The notes under the pieces were generated by a model. It saw only the letters and a list, made by a program, of their open reading frames with translations, searched no databases and was not told the origin of the DNA. From positions 2,944,001 to 3,008,000 of the forward strand of contig OZ242358.1 in assembly GCA_965208835.1 (NCBI GenBank): DNA of 64,000 nucleotides, in the 5' to 3' direction. The position numbers and the translations under genes are program-made. Positions 1-10,764 of the stretch are shown here, piece by piece. Origin of the DNA: Candidatus Latescibacterota bacterium (GTDB taxonomy: Bacteria > Latescibacterota > UBA2968 > GCA-2709665). Position 1 is the first letter of the stretch; every line of letters starts with the position of its first letter.

Positions 1-1
1 A

Positions 2-73
2 CGTATTTCCCTCATCGAAAACGAGCACCGTATCCGACAGGCCGTCAGGAACATCAAGCGGGCATTCTTCTGA
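2..73 (+). CDS. 3' end (partial) of a class I/II PLP aminotransferase, AlaC-like
   Basis: Translates as RISLIENEHRIRQAVRNIKRAFF*, resembling the AlaC C-terminus (xRFALIENxxRIRQAxRxIK). Confidence 0.65.
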   Translation, partial: RISLIENEHRIRQAVRNIKRAFF

Positions 74-84
74 GAGGATCGGCC

Positions 85-1278
<1,194 letters not shown>

Positions 1279-1353
1279 CAGGACCGGGGAAGTGATTGCG
1301 GCGAAGGCATCGCCCGGCGGTTCACGCGAACGCTGTCCGCGGTTTTTCGGAAC

Positions 1354-2574
1354 ATGCAGACACCTATGCCAATTCAGTCGATAAACAGGACCGTCCCTCC
1401 GTTTTCCAATCGTGTGCTCGACGTCAATGAGTCGCTAACGGTAGCCACCTTTGCCAGAATGGGTGAACTGAAACGCGGGGGCGCGGATCTCATTTCACTG
1501 GTTGCGGGCGAACCCGATTTCGATACCCCGGGCAATATCAAGGACGCCGCGATCCGGGCCATTAAGAGAGGGCACACGAAGTACACCGCGCCTGCATCGG
1601 GCCTGCCCGAACTCAAACAGGCAATCGCACAAAAACTGAAAAGCGAGAACAACCTGGACTACGATCCGTCGCAGATTGTCGTTACGTGCGGCGCCAAGCA
1701 AGTCATTTTCGACGCGGTCGTCGCGCTGATCAACCCGGGCGACGAGGCCATTATTCCCTCTCCGTACTGGGTCAGCTATGCTGACCAGGTCAGACTGATG
1801 GGCGGCAAGCCCCTCATCCTGAAAACAACCGAGGAGACGGGATTCCGGCTTACCCCCCGTACCCTCTCGGATGCCATCACGCCGCGTACCAAGTTCATTC
1901 TTCTGAACAGCCCCTGCAATCCCACCGGTGAAGTCTACACGCCCGACGAGCTGGGCGCTCTTGCGGACGTCATCGTGGACGCCGGCATCTATGTAATCTC
2001 GGACGAAATATACGAAAAAGTCATCTACGACCCCGCCGAGCACGTTTCCATCGCCGCTGTACACCCCGGGGCCGGATGCAGAACCTTGCTTGTCAACGGC
2101 TTTTCCAAAGCCTATGCAATGACCGGCTGGCGAGTGGGCTATGGCGCAGGTCCACCCGAACTGATGCGACTGATCGCCAGAGTACAGAGCCAGGAAACCA
2201 CCAACACCTGCACGGTTTCCCAGTATGCGGCCATCGAAGCGCTCACCGGAACCCAGGAGAGCGTGGAAACCATGCGGGCCGCATTTCAGGAACGCCGTGA
2301 CCTGATCGTCGCGCGCCTGAACCGGCTGCAGGGCGTCTCGTGCCGTCTTCCACAAGGCGCTTTTTACGCCTTTCCAAACGTGTCCGATTTATACGGCGAA
2401 CGCGTCAGTAACGACGTCGAACTTGCGAACTACCTGCTGGAAGCGGCCGAGACCGGATGCGTTCCCGGCAGCGGCTTCGGTTCCGGAGACCACCTGCGTT
2501 TCTCGTTTGCCGCGTCTCTGCCAATGATTCACGAGGCCATGGACCGTATCGAGGATGCCGTCAGCAGGATTTAG
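1354..2574 (+). CDS. Aspartate aminotransferase-like PLP enzyme (class I/II)
   Basis: GEPDFDTP, PYWVSY, NSPCNPTG, SDEIYE, SKAYAMTGWRVGY PLP-lysine motif. Confidence 0.92.
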   Translation: MQTPMPIQSINRTVPPFSNRVLDVNESLTVATFARMGELKRGGADLISLVAGEPDFDTPGNIKDAAIRAIKRGHTKYTAPASGLPELKQAIAQKLKSENNLDYDPSQIVVTCGAKQVIFDAVVALINPGDEAIIPSPYWVSYADQVRLMGGKPLILKTTEETGFRLTPRTLSDAITPRTKFILLNSPCNPTGEVYTPDELGALADVIVDAGIYVISDEIYEKVIYDPAEHVSIAAVHPGAGCRTLLVNGFSKAYAMTGWRVGYGAGPPELMRLIARVQSQETTNTCTVSQYAAIEALTGTQESVETMRAAFQERRDLIVARLNRLQGVSCRLPQGAFYAFPNVSDLYGERVSNDVELANYLLEAAETGCVPGSGFGSGDHLRFSFAASLPMIHEAMDRIEDAVSRI

Positions 2575-2759
2575 AAGCTGTTTTAAAATTACCGGTGAGT
2601 TCCCGAGCACGAGCGAAAAAGTGGCGGTCAAGGCGGGAAAATCCGGCTATGAGAGGCGAGCAAGCGCAGCCTCGATCTCGTACCACGGGCGGGTTTGACC
2701 AACGCCGACCGGCGCTCTTGCAGCCGTGCGAAGACCGCTGGGGATTTTAAGACAGCTTC
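2574..2759. mobile_element. MITE (186 bp) with terminal inverted repeats and TTA target duplication
   Basis: Left end GAAGCTGTTTTAAAAT versus right end ATTTTAAGACAGCTTC (15/16 inverted match); TTA at 2571-2573 and 2760-2762; no transposase. Confidence 0.75.
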
Positions 2760-2786
2760 TTAAGCAGCCCGAAAGGACACCCGAGC

Positions 2787-3752
2787 ATGAACGGCAAAAA
2801 GAAGATTTACCTTGATTTCGAACGTCCCATTGAGGAACTGGACAAGAAGATCGAAGATCTCAAGGACCGCGCCGAGTCTGACAATGCGGACGTGACGGCT
2901 GAACTGTCCTCCCTGGAGAAACGGTTGCAAAAGGCGGAGAAGGACATTTACTCGGCTATGAGCCGGTGGCAGATATACCAGTTGGCGGGGCACCCCCAGC
3001 GTCCTCATACGATCGACTATATTCGATTAATTTTCTCCGACTTCATGGAACTTCACGGAGACCGGAACTATCGGGACGATCCGGCGGTGGTTAGCGGCTT
3101 CGCCCGCCTCGACGGACAGCCACTCCTGGTCGTCGGTACACAGAAGGGGCGCAATACGACGGAGAATATTCATCGTAACTTCGGCATGGCGCACCCTGAA
3201 GGGTATCGAAAGGCCCTTCGTGTGATGAAACTCGCCGCCAAATTCAAACGCCCTGTCCTCTGTCTCATCGATACACCCGGAGCCTATCCGGGCATCGGAT
3301 CTGAGGAGCGGAGCGTCTCCGAAGCGATCGCCAGGAATCTTTTCGAGATCTCGCGTCTTCCGGTCCCTGTCATTGTGGTCATAATCGGAGAAGGCGCGAG
3401 CGGCGGTGCGCTCGGCATCGGTGTAGGAGACCGAATCCTGATGCTGGAAAACGCGTGGTACTCCGTGATCAACCCCCAGTCCTGCTCTCTCATACTCTGG
3501 CGGAACCGCGACAAAAAGGAAGAGGCCGCGGAGGCACTGAAGATTACCGCCCAGGACCTCGTCCCTCTGGGGATCGTCGATCGGATCGTACCGGAGCCCT
3601 TTGGCGGCGCACACAGGGATCCGGAAACGGCCAGTCGAAACCTGAAGCGAATCTTACTGGACGAACTTGGGAATTTATCGCGCAAACGGCCGGAAGAGCT
3701 GGTCCGCGAGCGGGTCGAAAAATTCGGTCGCATGGGTGTCTGGGACGAGTGA
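2787..3752 (+). CDS. accA: Acetyl-CoA carboxylase carboxyltransferase alpha subunit
   Basis: [52 protein letters not shown]. Confidence 0.97.
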   Translation: MNGKKKIYLDFERPIEELDKKIEDLKDRAESDNADVTAELSSLEKRLQKAEKDIYSAMSRWQIYQLAGHPQRPHTIDYIRLIFSDFMELHGDRNYRDDPAVVSGFARLDGQPLLVVGTQKGRNTTENIHRNFGMAHPEGYRKALRVMKLAAKFKRPVLCLIDTPGAYPGIGSEERSVSEAIARNLFEISRLPVPVIVVIIGEGASGGALGIGVGDRILMLENAWYSVINPQSCSLILWRNRDKKEEAAEALKITAQDLVPLGIVDRIVPEPFGGAHRDPETASRNLKRILLDELGNLSRKRPEELVRERVEKFGRMGVWDE

Positions 3753-3808
3753 CCCGCGGGCGTCATAATGGCGACCGATCTGCATTAGCGGAACACATCG
3801 AAATAAGC

Positions 3809-3840
3809 AAAAAATGGGCCACAAGTTGCCCGTTTTCTTT
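3809..3840 (+). terminator. Intrinsic terminator after accA
   Basis: AAAATGGGC...GCCCGTTTT hairpin followed by a T-rich tract. Confidence 0.6.
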
Positions 3841-4055
3841 CGTCATGACAGCCCTCGGCCACAGGATTTCACTAACATGCTGTTTACGTGGGAGGTTCCG
3901 TAATCCGACCGAATCTAGGGATTTTTTTTGGTAAAAAAGGGGCCAGGGAGACCGACGGAGCCCAAAAAAAAAAATCTCAACGTGCAGCCAATTGAGTTTC
4001 AGTATCTTATGCGAAAGTTGCCGGTTACGCACCGTCTTTTTTCTCAAATTAGCCC

Positions 4056-4084
4056 TTGACGACTCTACAATCCCCATATATATT
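4056..4084 (+). promoter_or_regulatory. sigma70-type promoter with no downstream + strand protein gene
   Basis: TTGACG-N17-TATATT; the same TATATT -10 occurs at 7261, 17162, 42916 and 50521. Confidence 0.65.
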
Positions 4085-4090
4085 TCAATC

Positions 4091-4572
4091 GTGCTTGCCA
4101 AGAGACCGTCTCCACATAAGATGTTGTCTTGGAGTAAGTTACATCGTCGGATCCGTGTGCGTTTCCCATTGGTTGTCCTTGGCAAAAACACCCGGATTCG
4201 AGTAAGGAACCGGGGGATGGCCGCGGTTCGTTTTGACACTAGCCAGGAACCCGTTCCACACCGGTTCGTTTGGTCGGAGTTTTGAAACTTCGGCACTTCG
4301 CCATCCTGTCAGAAATTGAATGAATGGGCGGTATGGCCGTTACCGGGATTCGCTTCAGCAAGTGATCCAGCCCGGGAGAAGTAAAAGCATCGGCTCTTTG
4401 GTTGGCGGCAGTCTTATTGGGGGAGATAATACTGCCGGCTAGACCTAACATATAGAACTGCTGCTTTTCTTCTTATGCATCGTGGCTCTTTGCTGATTCC
4501 GTATTCCTGTGCGGCTATCCGCCCATTTTAGTTTGATCTGTATTCCCGTCCCGTTCGACCCCGGCCATTCCC
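4091..4572 (+). ncRNA. Candidate large structured non-coding RNA (~480 nt), family unassigned
   Basis: Lies downstream of the promoter between convergent genes. Many stems (4095-4102/4178-4185; 4215-4221/4300-4306; 4273-4281/4286-4294) plus a ~230-nt rod at 4310-4540. G-U pairs favour the + strand. No credible ORF. Confidence 0.6.
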
Positions 4573-4691
4573 GCTTGCGGCCGGTTTCGCGCGTTAAACG
4601 TCTGTATCGCGGTCCTGTCCTCCTCACCTCCCTGCGTCCGGATCCACCTCGCCAGACGACCCCCGCACCGGTGGCGGTTCCGCTTGCTTCG

Positions 4692-7058
4692 TCACGGCGT
4701 TTCAAGCCATCCCCTGGCGTCGATTCCCTGTTCATCGATCCGAATCTCTACAGCGCCCATCTCATCGGTCCGGTAGATAGAAATCCCCATTGTTTCGAAA
4801 CGCCTGATCACCTCGCCGGACGGATGGCGGAATTTATTCCGGACACCGCAAGAGATCACCGCGAGATTGGGACGTACCGCGCCCAGAAAAGCAGCCGTGG
4901 ACGAGGTTCGGGATCCGTGGTGCGCCGCCTTCAATACCTGTGCGCGGAGCCTGTCCCCCCACCGCAGGAGATCCGGATCCGTTTCATGCTCAATGTCCCC
5001 CGTCAGCAGAACGGCCGTCCCTCCAAACGCGAGTCGGATCACCACTGAGCCGTTGTTCAGGCCCAGCGGTGCAGGCCCATTCCGCGAAACGTAATCCGGC
5101 GTTGGATGCAGCACCAGGGCATCCACCTCACCCAGTCCTCCGAACCGGTCACCCGCCTCAATCGCCGTATAACGTATGCCCTTCTCGCGGATCAGCGTTC
5201 GGATCCGGCGAGCGGTCCATGAATCGTAGAACTGCCCTGCGTCGAGGTACCAGCCAACCTCGACCCTCTCCAGGAGTGTCACGAATCCGCCAATATGATC
5301 GCTGTGCGGGTGAGTCGCGACCACGGCGTCGATCCGATTGATTCCCTCAGCCTGAAGGAACGGGATCAGTACCCGTTCACCCATGTCGACGTTCAGCCCG
5401 CGCAACCCGCTGTCTACCAGCAGCGTCTTCCCGTTCGGGAACCTCAGAAAAATTCCATCGCCCTGGCCCACGTCCAGTACCAGCATGCGCAGGTCCGCTG
5501 GACGCTGCCAGATTCCCGACCAGACCCAGAGATTCACAAGTGACAGGCCCACAAGTACCAACCGGCGACCCCATCGACCGGACCTCGCTTCGGGCAGAAT
5601 CAAAGCCGCGGCACAGAGATACAGCCCAATGACGGTCCAACCGGGTCTATCTAGTTCGACGGCAGCCCATGACGGCGCTGCAAACCAGCCCGCGGCCTCG
5701 ATGGCGCCCTTCAGGACGACCCAGTTCGCGCCGTTCAGTAACGACGCCACGGGCGAAAAGACGTGAAAGACAATAGCGCCAAGCAACCCCAGCGCGACGG
5801 CGGCCGCCATCAGGGGTACCACAACCAAGTTGGCAAGGATCGATACGATCGAAAGAAGCCCGAAATACGTCAGCACAAAAGGAAGTGTGGCCACCTGTGC
5901 GGCCACCGACACCGCAAGCGGCGTCCATATCCACCGGGCGAGGCCGCCTGCGGGGCCGCCCGGCAGGCAGGCGCGGATCGGCCGATGGAGAATCAGAATT
6001 CCCCCGGTTGCGGCAAATGAGAGTTGAAAGCCGACGTCGAACAGGTCCAGGGGCCTGAAAATCAGGATGACGAGAGCGGCCAGGCCGAGTGCATTGAGTC
6101 CCTCGCCCTGTCTGTTTCCCAGGCGACCCCAGATGGTAAGCGCGCACATCATGGCGGCTCTGACAACCGACGGCGGCAGCCCGGTAACCAGCGCGTAAAG
6201 CAGCACGGCGCAGACGGTAGTCCAGGCGGTCGCCTTCCTGCCGCATCCCACTGCACCGAGGGCGAAGAACACTACCGCGGCAATCAGGCCCACGTGTAAT
6301 CCCGAAACGGCCAGTACGTGGTTGACTCCGGCTCGGGTAAACGCGGTACGCACGGGGTCGGGAACCCCGCGTTTTTCGCCAAGCAAGATACCGCTCAGCA
6401 GCCCCGCCGGTCCCCCTGAGAGGTTGTGCGCCACGGCGCCGCGTACGCCCCGGCGCACGGGCAGTACCACGTACGTCCACAGCCAGCCTCCCCGTCCCGC
6501 GCGGATCTCCAGGACCTGTTCCCTTCTCGACACGGTGCCCATGGCGTGGACTCCCTTTCGTTCCAGGAATGCGCGGTAATCGAACGCGCCCGGATTCCTC
6601 GCCGGATTCGGCCTGCGCAGGTGCAGACGCGACGACAAACGGTCTCCGTAGTCCACGTCCGGACGGAACCTTCGGAACCGCAGGAGAACCATTCCCTGAA
6701 TCGAATACACCGTATCGCCCACCGCGACCCGCTCGGCGGCCACACGAAGACGCAACCCGTCTTCCATCCATTCAGGATCATCGGCCACGCGCCCGTCAAG
6801 TACGACGGGACGGTCTCGTCCGGTAAACCCCGCTACATGGTCTTCGGGTAACGTCGGCATAACGCTTTCATACCGCATTGCTCCAAGCACAAGCAGCAGG
6901 ACTCCCGGCCACGCGGAACGGCTCTTCAAGCGGATCAGGCACACGATCCAGAGTGCGAAGCCTCCGGGCCATAGCGCCCATGTGGGCACGTCCACGCGAT
7001 GGGCGATGAGCACTCCCGCGGAAAAAAACACCGCGGACAGCAACGCCGGACGCCGCAT
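4692..7058 (-). CDS. comEC: DNA internalization competence protein ComEC/Rec2
   Basis: OB-like region with RNPGAFDY, competence domain HVLAVSGLHV and GFQLSF, metallo-beta-lactamase domain DVGQGD / THPHSDHIGG / HHGSRTS. Confidence 0.96.
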   Translation of the reverse strand: MRRPALLSAVFFSAGVLIAHRVDVPTWALWPGGFALWIVCLIRLKSRSAWPGVLLLVLGAMRYESVMPTLPEDHVAGFTGRDRPVVLDGRVADDPEWMEDGLRLRVAAERVAVGDTVYSIQGMVLLRFRRFRPDVDYGDRLSSRLHLRRPNPARNPGAFDYRAFLERKGVHAMGTVSRREQVLEIRAGRGGWLWTYVVLPVRRGVRGAVAHNLSGGPAGLLSGILLGEKRGVPDPVRTAFTRAGVNHVLAVSGLHVGLIAAVVFFALGAVGCGRKATAWTTVCAVLLYALVTGLPPSVVRAAMMCALTIWGRLGNRQGEGLNALGLAALVILIFRPLDLFDVGFQLSFAATGGILILHRPIRACLPGGPAGGLARWIWTPLAVSVAAQVATLPFVLTYFGLLSIVSILANLVVVPLMAAAVALGLLGAIVFHVFSPVASLLNGANWVVLKGAIEAAGWFAAPSWAAVELDRPGWTVIGLYLCAAALILPEARSGRWGRRLVLVGLSLVNLWVWSGIWQRPADLRMLVLDVGQGDGIFLRFPNGKTLLVDSGLRGLNVDMGERVLIPFLQAEGINRIDAVVATHPHSDHIGGFVTLLERVEVGWYLDAGQFYDSWTARRIRTLIREKGIRYTAIEAGDRFGGLGEVDALVLHPTPDYVSRNGPAPLGLNNGSVVIRLAFGGTAVLLTGDIEHETDPDLLRWGDRLRAQVLKAAHHGSRTSSTAAFLGAVRPNLAVISCGVRNKFRHPSGEVIRRFETMGISIYRTDEMGAVEIRIDEQGIDARGWLETP

Positions 7059-7237
7059 CTCCGCCCCCTCGGTTTCGTGTCGAATACCCTGAAGCCGGAT
7101 GCAAAATCCGTACCGCTTCAGATAACGGCGGATTGACCGGTTTTCGCGCTTTCAAATTGAAAGACACGTTCAACCGATGCATCGAAATGTCCATATGCGA
7201 CGGGTCCAGCAGGGCGGAACGCCACCCGAACAATCCA

Positions 7238-7266
7238 TTGACATTATCCCGTAGAGATGCTATATT
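7238..7266 (+). promoter_or_regulatory. sigma70-type promoter of the truA-htrA-pssA cluster
   Basis: TTGACA-N17-TATATT with extended -10 TG. Confidence 0.7.
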
Positions 7267-7429
7267 TTGCTAGATTCTCGTCGGCTACCGGTCTGCTTTC
7301 TGGCAGGTATCGTGCGATTTGCCACGACGTTGTCGCCGGGATCCGGTTTCATTCCCGGGACACGATTACCTCGCCGAAACGAGGCCCTTTTCCGCGCCGT
7401 CCTCGATAATTCACGCCGATCCCGCAGGA

Positions 7430-8176
7430 ATGCAACGGAATATTCGGCTCCGACTGGAATACGACGGTACCGACTTCAAGGGCTGGCAGGTGCAGCCGGA
7501 CCAGCGCACGGTCCAGGGAATTCTGGAAACCTGTCTGTCTTCGCTCCTGGGACATCCCACCCGCGCCATCGGCGCGGGGCGCACTGACGCGGGGGTTCAC
7601 GCACTTGGGCAGGTGGCCAATTTCTCCACGTTCAATCCACTGCCGCTGCAACGGATCGCCGCTGCACTCAATAGCACGTTGCCGCCCGATGTCGTCGTCC
7701 TCCATGCAGACGAGGTCCCGACGACGTTTCACGCACGGCGATCAGCGCGGCGTCGAACGTACCTTTACCGCATTGCGTACCAGCGCCGGGCCATCGGCCG
7801 CGGTCAGGCGTGGCACCTGCGCAGCCGGCTGAACATCGACGCCATGCGGTCCGCGGCGAGCCGAACACTCGGCTATCACGACTTTACGTCGTTCTGCGTG
7901 GCTTCCGCAGAGAGAGAAAACCGGAACTGCCGCGTATTCGAATGTACATTGGCCGGCATCGACGATGGCGTCCGAGTCGAGATTTCGGCCGACCGATTTC
8001 TGCGGTCGATGGTACGTGGAATTGTCGGTACTCTGGTTCAGGTGGGAAGGGGCAAACGCGCGCCGGAGGCGATCGACGCGATTCTGCGGGCCCGTGACAG
8101 GCAGTTCGCGGGGCCCAACGCCCCGCCCCAGGGCCTGTTTTTGAAGGAAGTCACTTACGAAGACCCGAAAGAATAG
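7430..8176 (+). CDS. truA: tRNA pseudouridine(38-40) synthase
   Basis: EYDGTDFKGWQ, AGRTDAGVHALGQV, FHARRSA, FLRSMVR, APPQGLFL; ATG at 7430 chosen as start. Confidence 0.96.
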   Translation: MQRNIRLRLEYDGTDFKGWQVQPDQRTVQGILETCLSSLLGHPTRAIGAGRTDAGVHALGQVANFSTFNPLPLQRIAAALNSTLPPDVVVLHADEVPTTFHARRSARRRTYLYRIAYQRRAIGRGQAWHLRSRLNIDAMRSAASRTLGYHDFTSFCVASAERENRNCRVFECTLAGIDDGVRVEISADRFLRSMVRGIVGTLVQVGRGKRAPEAIDAILRARDRQFAGPNAPPQGLFLKEVTYEDPKE

Positions 8177-8179
8177 GAC

Positions 8180-9325
8180 GTGCGGCGACCGGTCTGGATC
8201 GTTCTTGCAGGCGTCTCAGCGGCATTGTTTCTGTCACCTGCCGCCGAAGATAAACCGGAAGGGGCGACTCCGGCTTCCGCCGCAGGTCCCGAAATTGACG
8301 CCTCCAGAAGAAACGCCATCGTCCGGGCCGTCGAAAGGGTGGCGCCCTCGGTCGTGGGTGTGACCACGGTTTCCTTCGAACGGGTCGACGTCAGGTATGT
8401 ACATCCGTTTTTCGATTTCCGCTGGTATCCCGGAACCGTCCAGCAGGAAAGGACTGGTATCGGGTCCGGTGTGGTCATCAGATCCGACGGCTACATTCTG
8501 ACCAACTACCACGTCGTCGAGGGCGCGCGGGAAATCACCGTCACGTTCTCCGACGGCCGAAGCTTCAAGGTTCAGGACACGCGCAAAGACGTGATGGTCG
8601 ACCCCGGTGCAGACCTGGCGGTCATACGGGTTAACGCGACAAATCTCGCGGTCCCGGACCTGGGTGATTCCGACGACGTCATCATCGGAGAGTGGGCGAT
8701 CGCCATCGGCAATCCCTTCGGGCTGCTCATCGAAGATCCCCAGCCGACCGTTACCGCTGGCGTCGTGAGCGCGATCAACCGCAACCTGAGGCTGGAACAG
8801 GATGAGGGTGGGCATTCCTATTCGAACATGATCCAGACCGACGCGTCCATCAATCCGGGTAACAGCGGTGGCCCTCTGGTTAATGGCGTCGGACTGGTCA
8901 TCGGCATCAACACCTTCATCTTCACGAAGAGCGGGGGTTCCCTCGGCATCGGTTTCGCAATCCCCATCAGCCAGGCGAAAAAAATCGCCGACCGGCTGAT
9001 CGCGGGGGGCGTTCAGGAGTTCTGGGCAGGTTTCGAGTTGCACCCGAAACTGACGCGAGGGCTGGCGAATGCACTGGGTTTATACACGCATCAGGCAGTC
9101 CTCGTCACCGGCGTCGTCGATAACAGTCCGGCGTCACGTGCAAAGCTGAATCCGGGCGACCTGATCATTGCGGTGAACGGCAATCCCGTTCGAAGCGCCT
9201 ATGACGTGGGGAGGATCCTTGAAAACGCACACGTCGGAGAAATCCTGGCGCTGGACGTCATACGCGGCCGGCTGCGCTTTGCAACACGCCTCGAGCCGGA
9301 GAAAGCGCCTGCCGGGCAGCAATAG
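8180..9325 (+). CDS. HtrA/DegQ-family serine protease with one PDZ domain
   Basis: Signal peptide, GSGV, TNYHVV, DLAV, IQTDASINPGNSGGPL, C-terminal PDZ. Confidence 0.93.
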   Translation: MRRPVWIVLAGVSAALFLSPAAEDKPEGATPASAAGPEIDASRRNAIVRAVERVAPSVVGVTTVSFERVDVRYVHPFFDFRWYPGTVQQERTGIGSGVVIRSDGYILTNYHVVEGAREITVTFSDGRSFKVQDTRKDVMVDPGADLAVIRVNATNLAVPDLGDSDDVIIGEWAIAIGNPFGLLIEDPQPTVTAGVVSAINRNLRLEQDEGGHSYSNMIQTDASINPGNSGGPLVNGVGLVIGINTFIFTKSGGSLGIGFAIPISQAKKIADRLIAGGVQEFWAGFELHPKLTRGLANALGLYTHQAVLVTGVVDNSPASRAKLNPGDLIIAVNGNPVRSAYDVGRILENAHVGEILALDVIRGRLRFATRLEPEKAPAGQQ

Positions 9326-9367
9326 ACGAATGAACGAAGTGTACCCGAATTTCGGAGCCATTCCACC

Positions 9368-10084
9368 ATGAGAAAGAGGGCTGCCGTCCCGAGCATGGTC
9401 ACACTCTGTAACCTCTGCTGCGGTTTCCTCGCGATCGCTTATGCCATGGACGGGAAACTGGTCCCCGCGGCATGGCTGATTGTCATCGCGGGCTTCCTCG
9501 ATGCCTTCGACGGCAAACTCGCCCGCCTGATGGACACGCCCAGCAACTTCGGTGTTCAGTTCGATTCCCTGGCCGACGTGTGCTCGTTCGGCGTGGCTCC
9601 TGCCGTGCTGATGTTTCAATACCTGCAGGGAATGCTGGATGCGGTATGGTTGCCGTTCGCTGCCTGTTTTCTGTTTCTGCTGTGTGGCGCGTTACGCCTG
9701 GCGCGATTCAATGTCCAGGTCAAGGGAGACGAAAAGGACGACTTCGTCGGCCTGCCCATTCCCTCGGCTGCCGCTACCATGGCCGCCTTTATCGTCTTTG
9801 CCGAACGGGTCTGGCAAAGCACACGCGAACCCCACGTGGGCCTTCTATTGTGCCTGGTTCTGGGCCTTCTCATGGTCAGTCAGTTCGGATATCCCGCCTT
9901 TCCCCGGTTCAGCATTGAAACGCGGAGGGACCGTTGGAGACTGGGGATCGCCGTGGCGGCGTTCATTCCCGTCGCACTCTTCCCCGACGAGGCATTTTTC
10001 CCAATCGCGTTTGCATTTTCGATCTCAGGCGCGGTACGGTGGGTGTCGCATCTGATTGTACATCGGGAAGTGGCAGATATGTAA
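9368..10084 (+). CDS. pssA: CDP-diacylglycerol--serine O-phosphatidyltransferase
   Basis: CDP-alcohol phosphatidyltransferase motif DAFDGKLAR...FGVQFDSLADxxSFGVAP; RLARFN; FVGLPIP. Confidence 0.9.
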   Translation: MRKRAAVPSMVTLCNLCCGFLAIAYAMDGKLVPAAWLIVIAGFLDAFDGKLARLMDTPSNFGVQFDSLADVCSFGVAPAVLMFQYLQGMLDAVWLPFAACFLFLLCGALRLARFNVQVKGDEKDDFVGLPIPSAAATMAAFIVFAERVWQSTREPHVGLLLCLVLGLLMVSQFGYPAFPRFSIETRRDRWRLGIAVAAFIPVALFPDEAFFPIAFAFSISGAVRWVSHLIVHREVADM

Positions 10085-10116
10085 GTCGTATTGGAACGGG
10101 AGTGGAGCGGAAGTCG

Positions 10117-10398
10117 ATGAAGAACAAGAGCGTCGGTCACCTGATTGTTGCAATCTTCGTTGGCATTCTTGCCAGCCGGGTTTTCGGTGCGGTATTGAAC
10201 GTGGTCTTCGGCAGCCTCGGCCTGGAAGACAACATGGTGTCCAGGGTGCTCGTGGATCCTCTGGTCGCATACGAATTCTACCCGATGCGCCTGAACCTGA
10301 TGGTCATGACGCTCACTCTGGGCTTTTCGTTGGACTTCAACGTACTGAGCATGATCGGCATCGGAGCGGCGTATTATTACGTCAAGTATTCCTACTGA
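10117..10398 (+). CDS. Small membrane protein, DUF4321-like
   Basis: 93 aa hydrophobic; LNLxVxxLTLGFSLDFNVLSMIG pattern; ATG at 10117. Confidence 0.6.
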   Translation: MKNKSVGHLIVAIFVGILASRVFGAVLNVVFGSLGLEDNMVSRVLVDPLVAYEFYPMRLNLMVMTLTLGFSLDFNVLSMIGIGAAYYYVKYSY

Positions 10399-10530
10399 CC
10401 TGATTTCGTTCCGGTCTGACGGTCCGCGCCGCTGCGTGAAGCGATCGCTGCGAACTCCGGCATCCAGAGTACCATCGCGGGAGCCAACGGGACCATCGGA
10501 CGGCGGTTCTTTTCAAATGTGAGGCAATTC

Positions 10531-10755
10531 ATGCTGGGTGGAATCGGAACGTGGGAAATCCTCCTGATCTTCCTGGTGATTCTACTGCTCTTCGGGGCCA
10601 AACGCATTCCCGATATCGCCAAGAGCGTGGGCAAGGGCGTAACGGAATTCAAGAGAGGCCTCAGGGACATTCAGGATGAAATCGAAACAGGGGTCGATCA
10701 CCCGTCCAAATCCGACGACAAAACACCGGATTCGGAAAAAACCGCGAAACAGTAG
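10531..10755 (+). CDS. tatA: Twin-arginine translocase TatA/E subunit
   Basis: GIGTWEILLIFLVILLLFGAKRIPDIAKSVGKGVTEFK. Confidence 0.95.
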   Translation: MLGGIGTWEILLIFLVILLLFGAKRIPDIAKSVGKGVTEFKRGLRDIQDEIETGVDHPSKSDDKTPDSEKTAKQ

Positions 10756-10764
10756 CCGGGAGGA

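Noticed and set aside
3763-4451. ORFs 3763-4296(-), 3992-4285(+) and 4239-4451(-)
   Set aside because: No SD or recognisable motifs, atypical composition, and they overlap the promoter and structured region
4212-4575. tmRNA (GGGG start, GTTCGA near the 3' end, ~360 nt)
   Set aside because: The T-stem does not pair properly, there is no ACCA end, and no tag ORF ending in Ala-Ala-stop
3753-4690. oriC in the AT-richer accA-comEC gap
   Set aside because: Only weak CCACA matches (GTCTCCACA, CGTTCCACA), no clustered TTATCCACA boxes and no dnaA/dnaN nearby; the RNA-like pairing explains the region better
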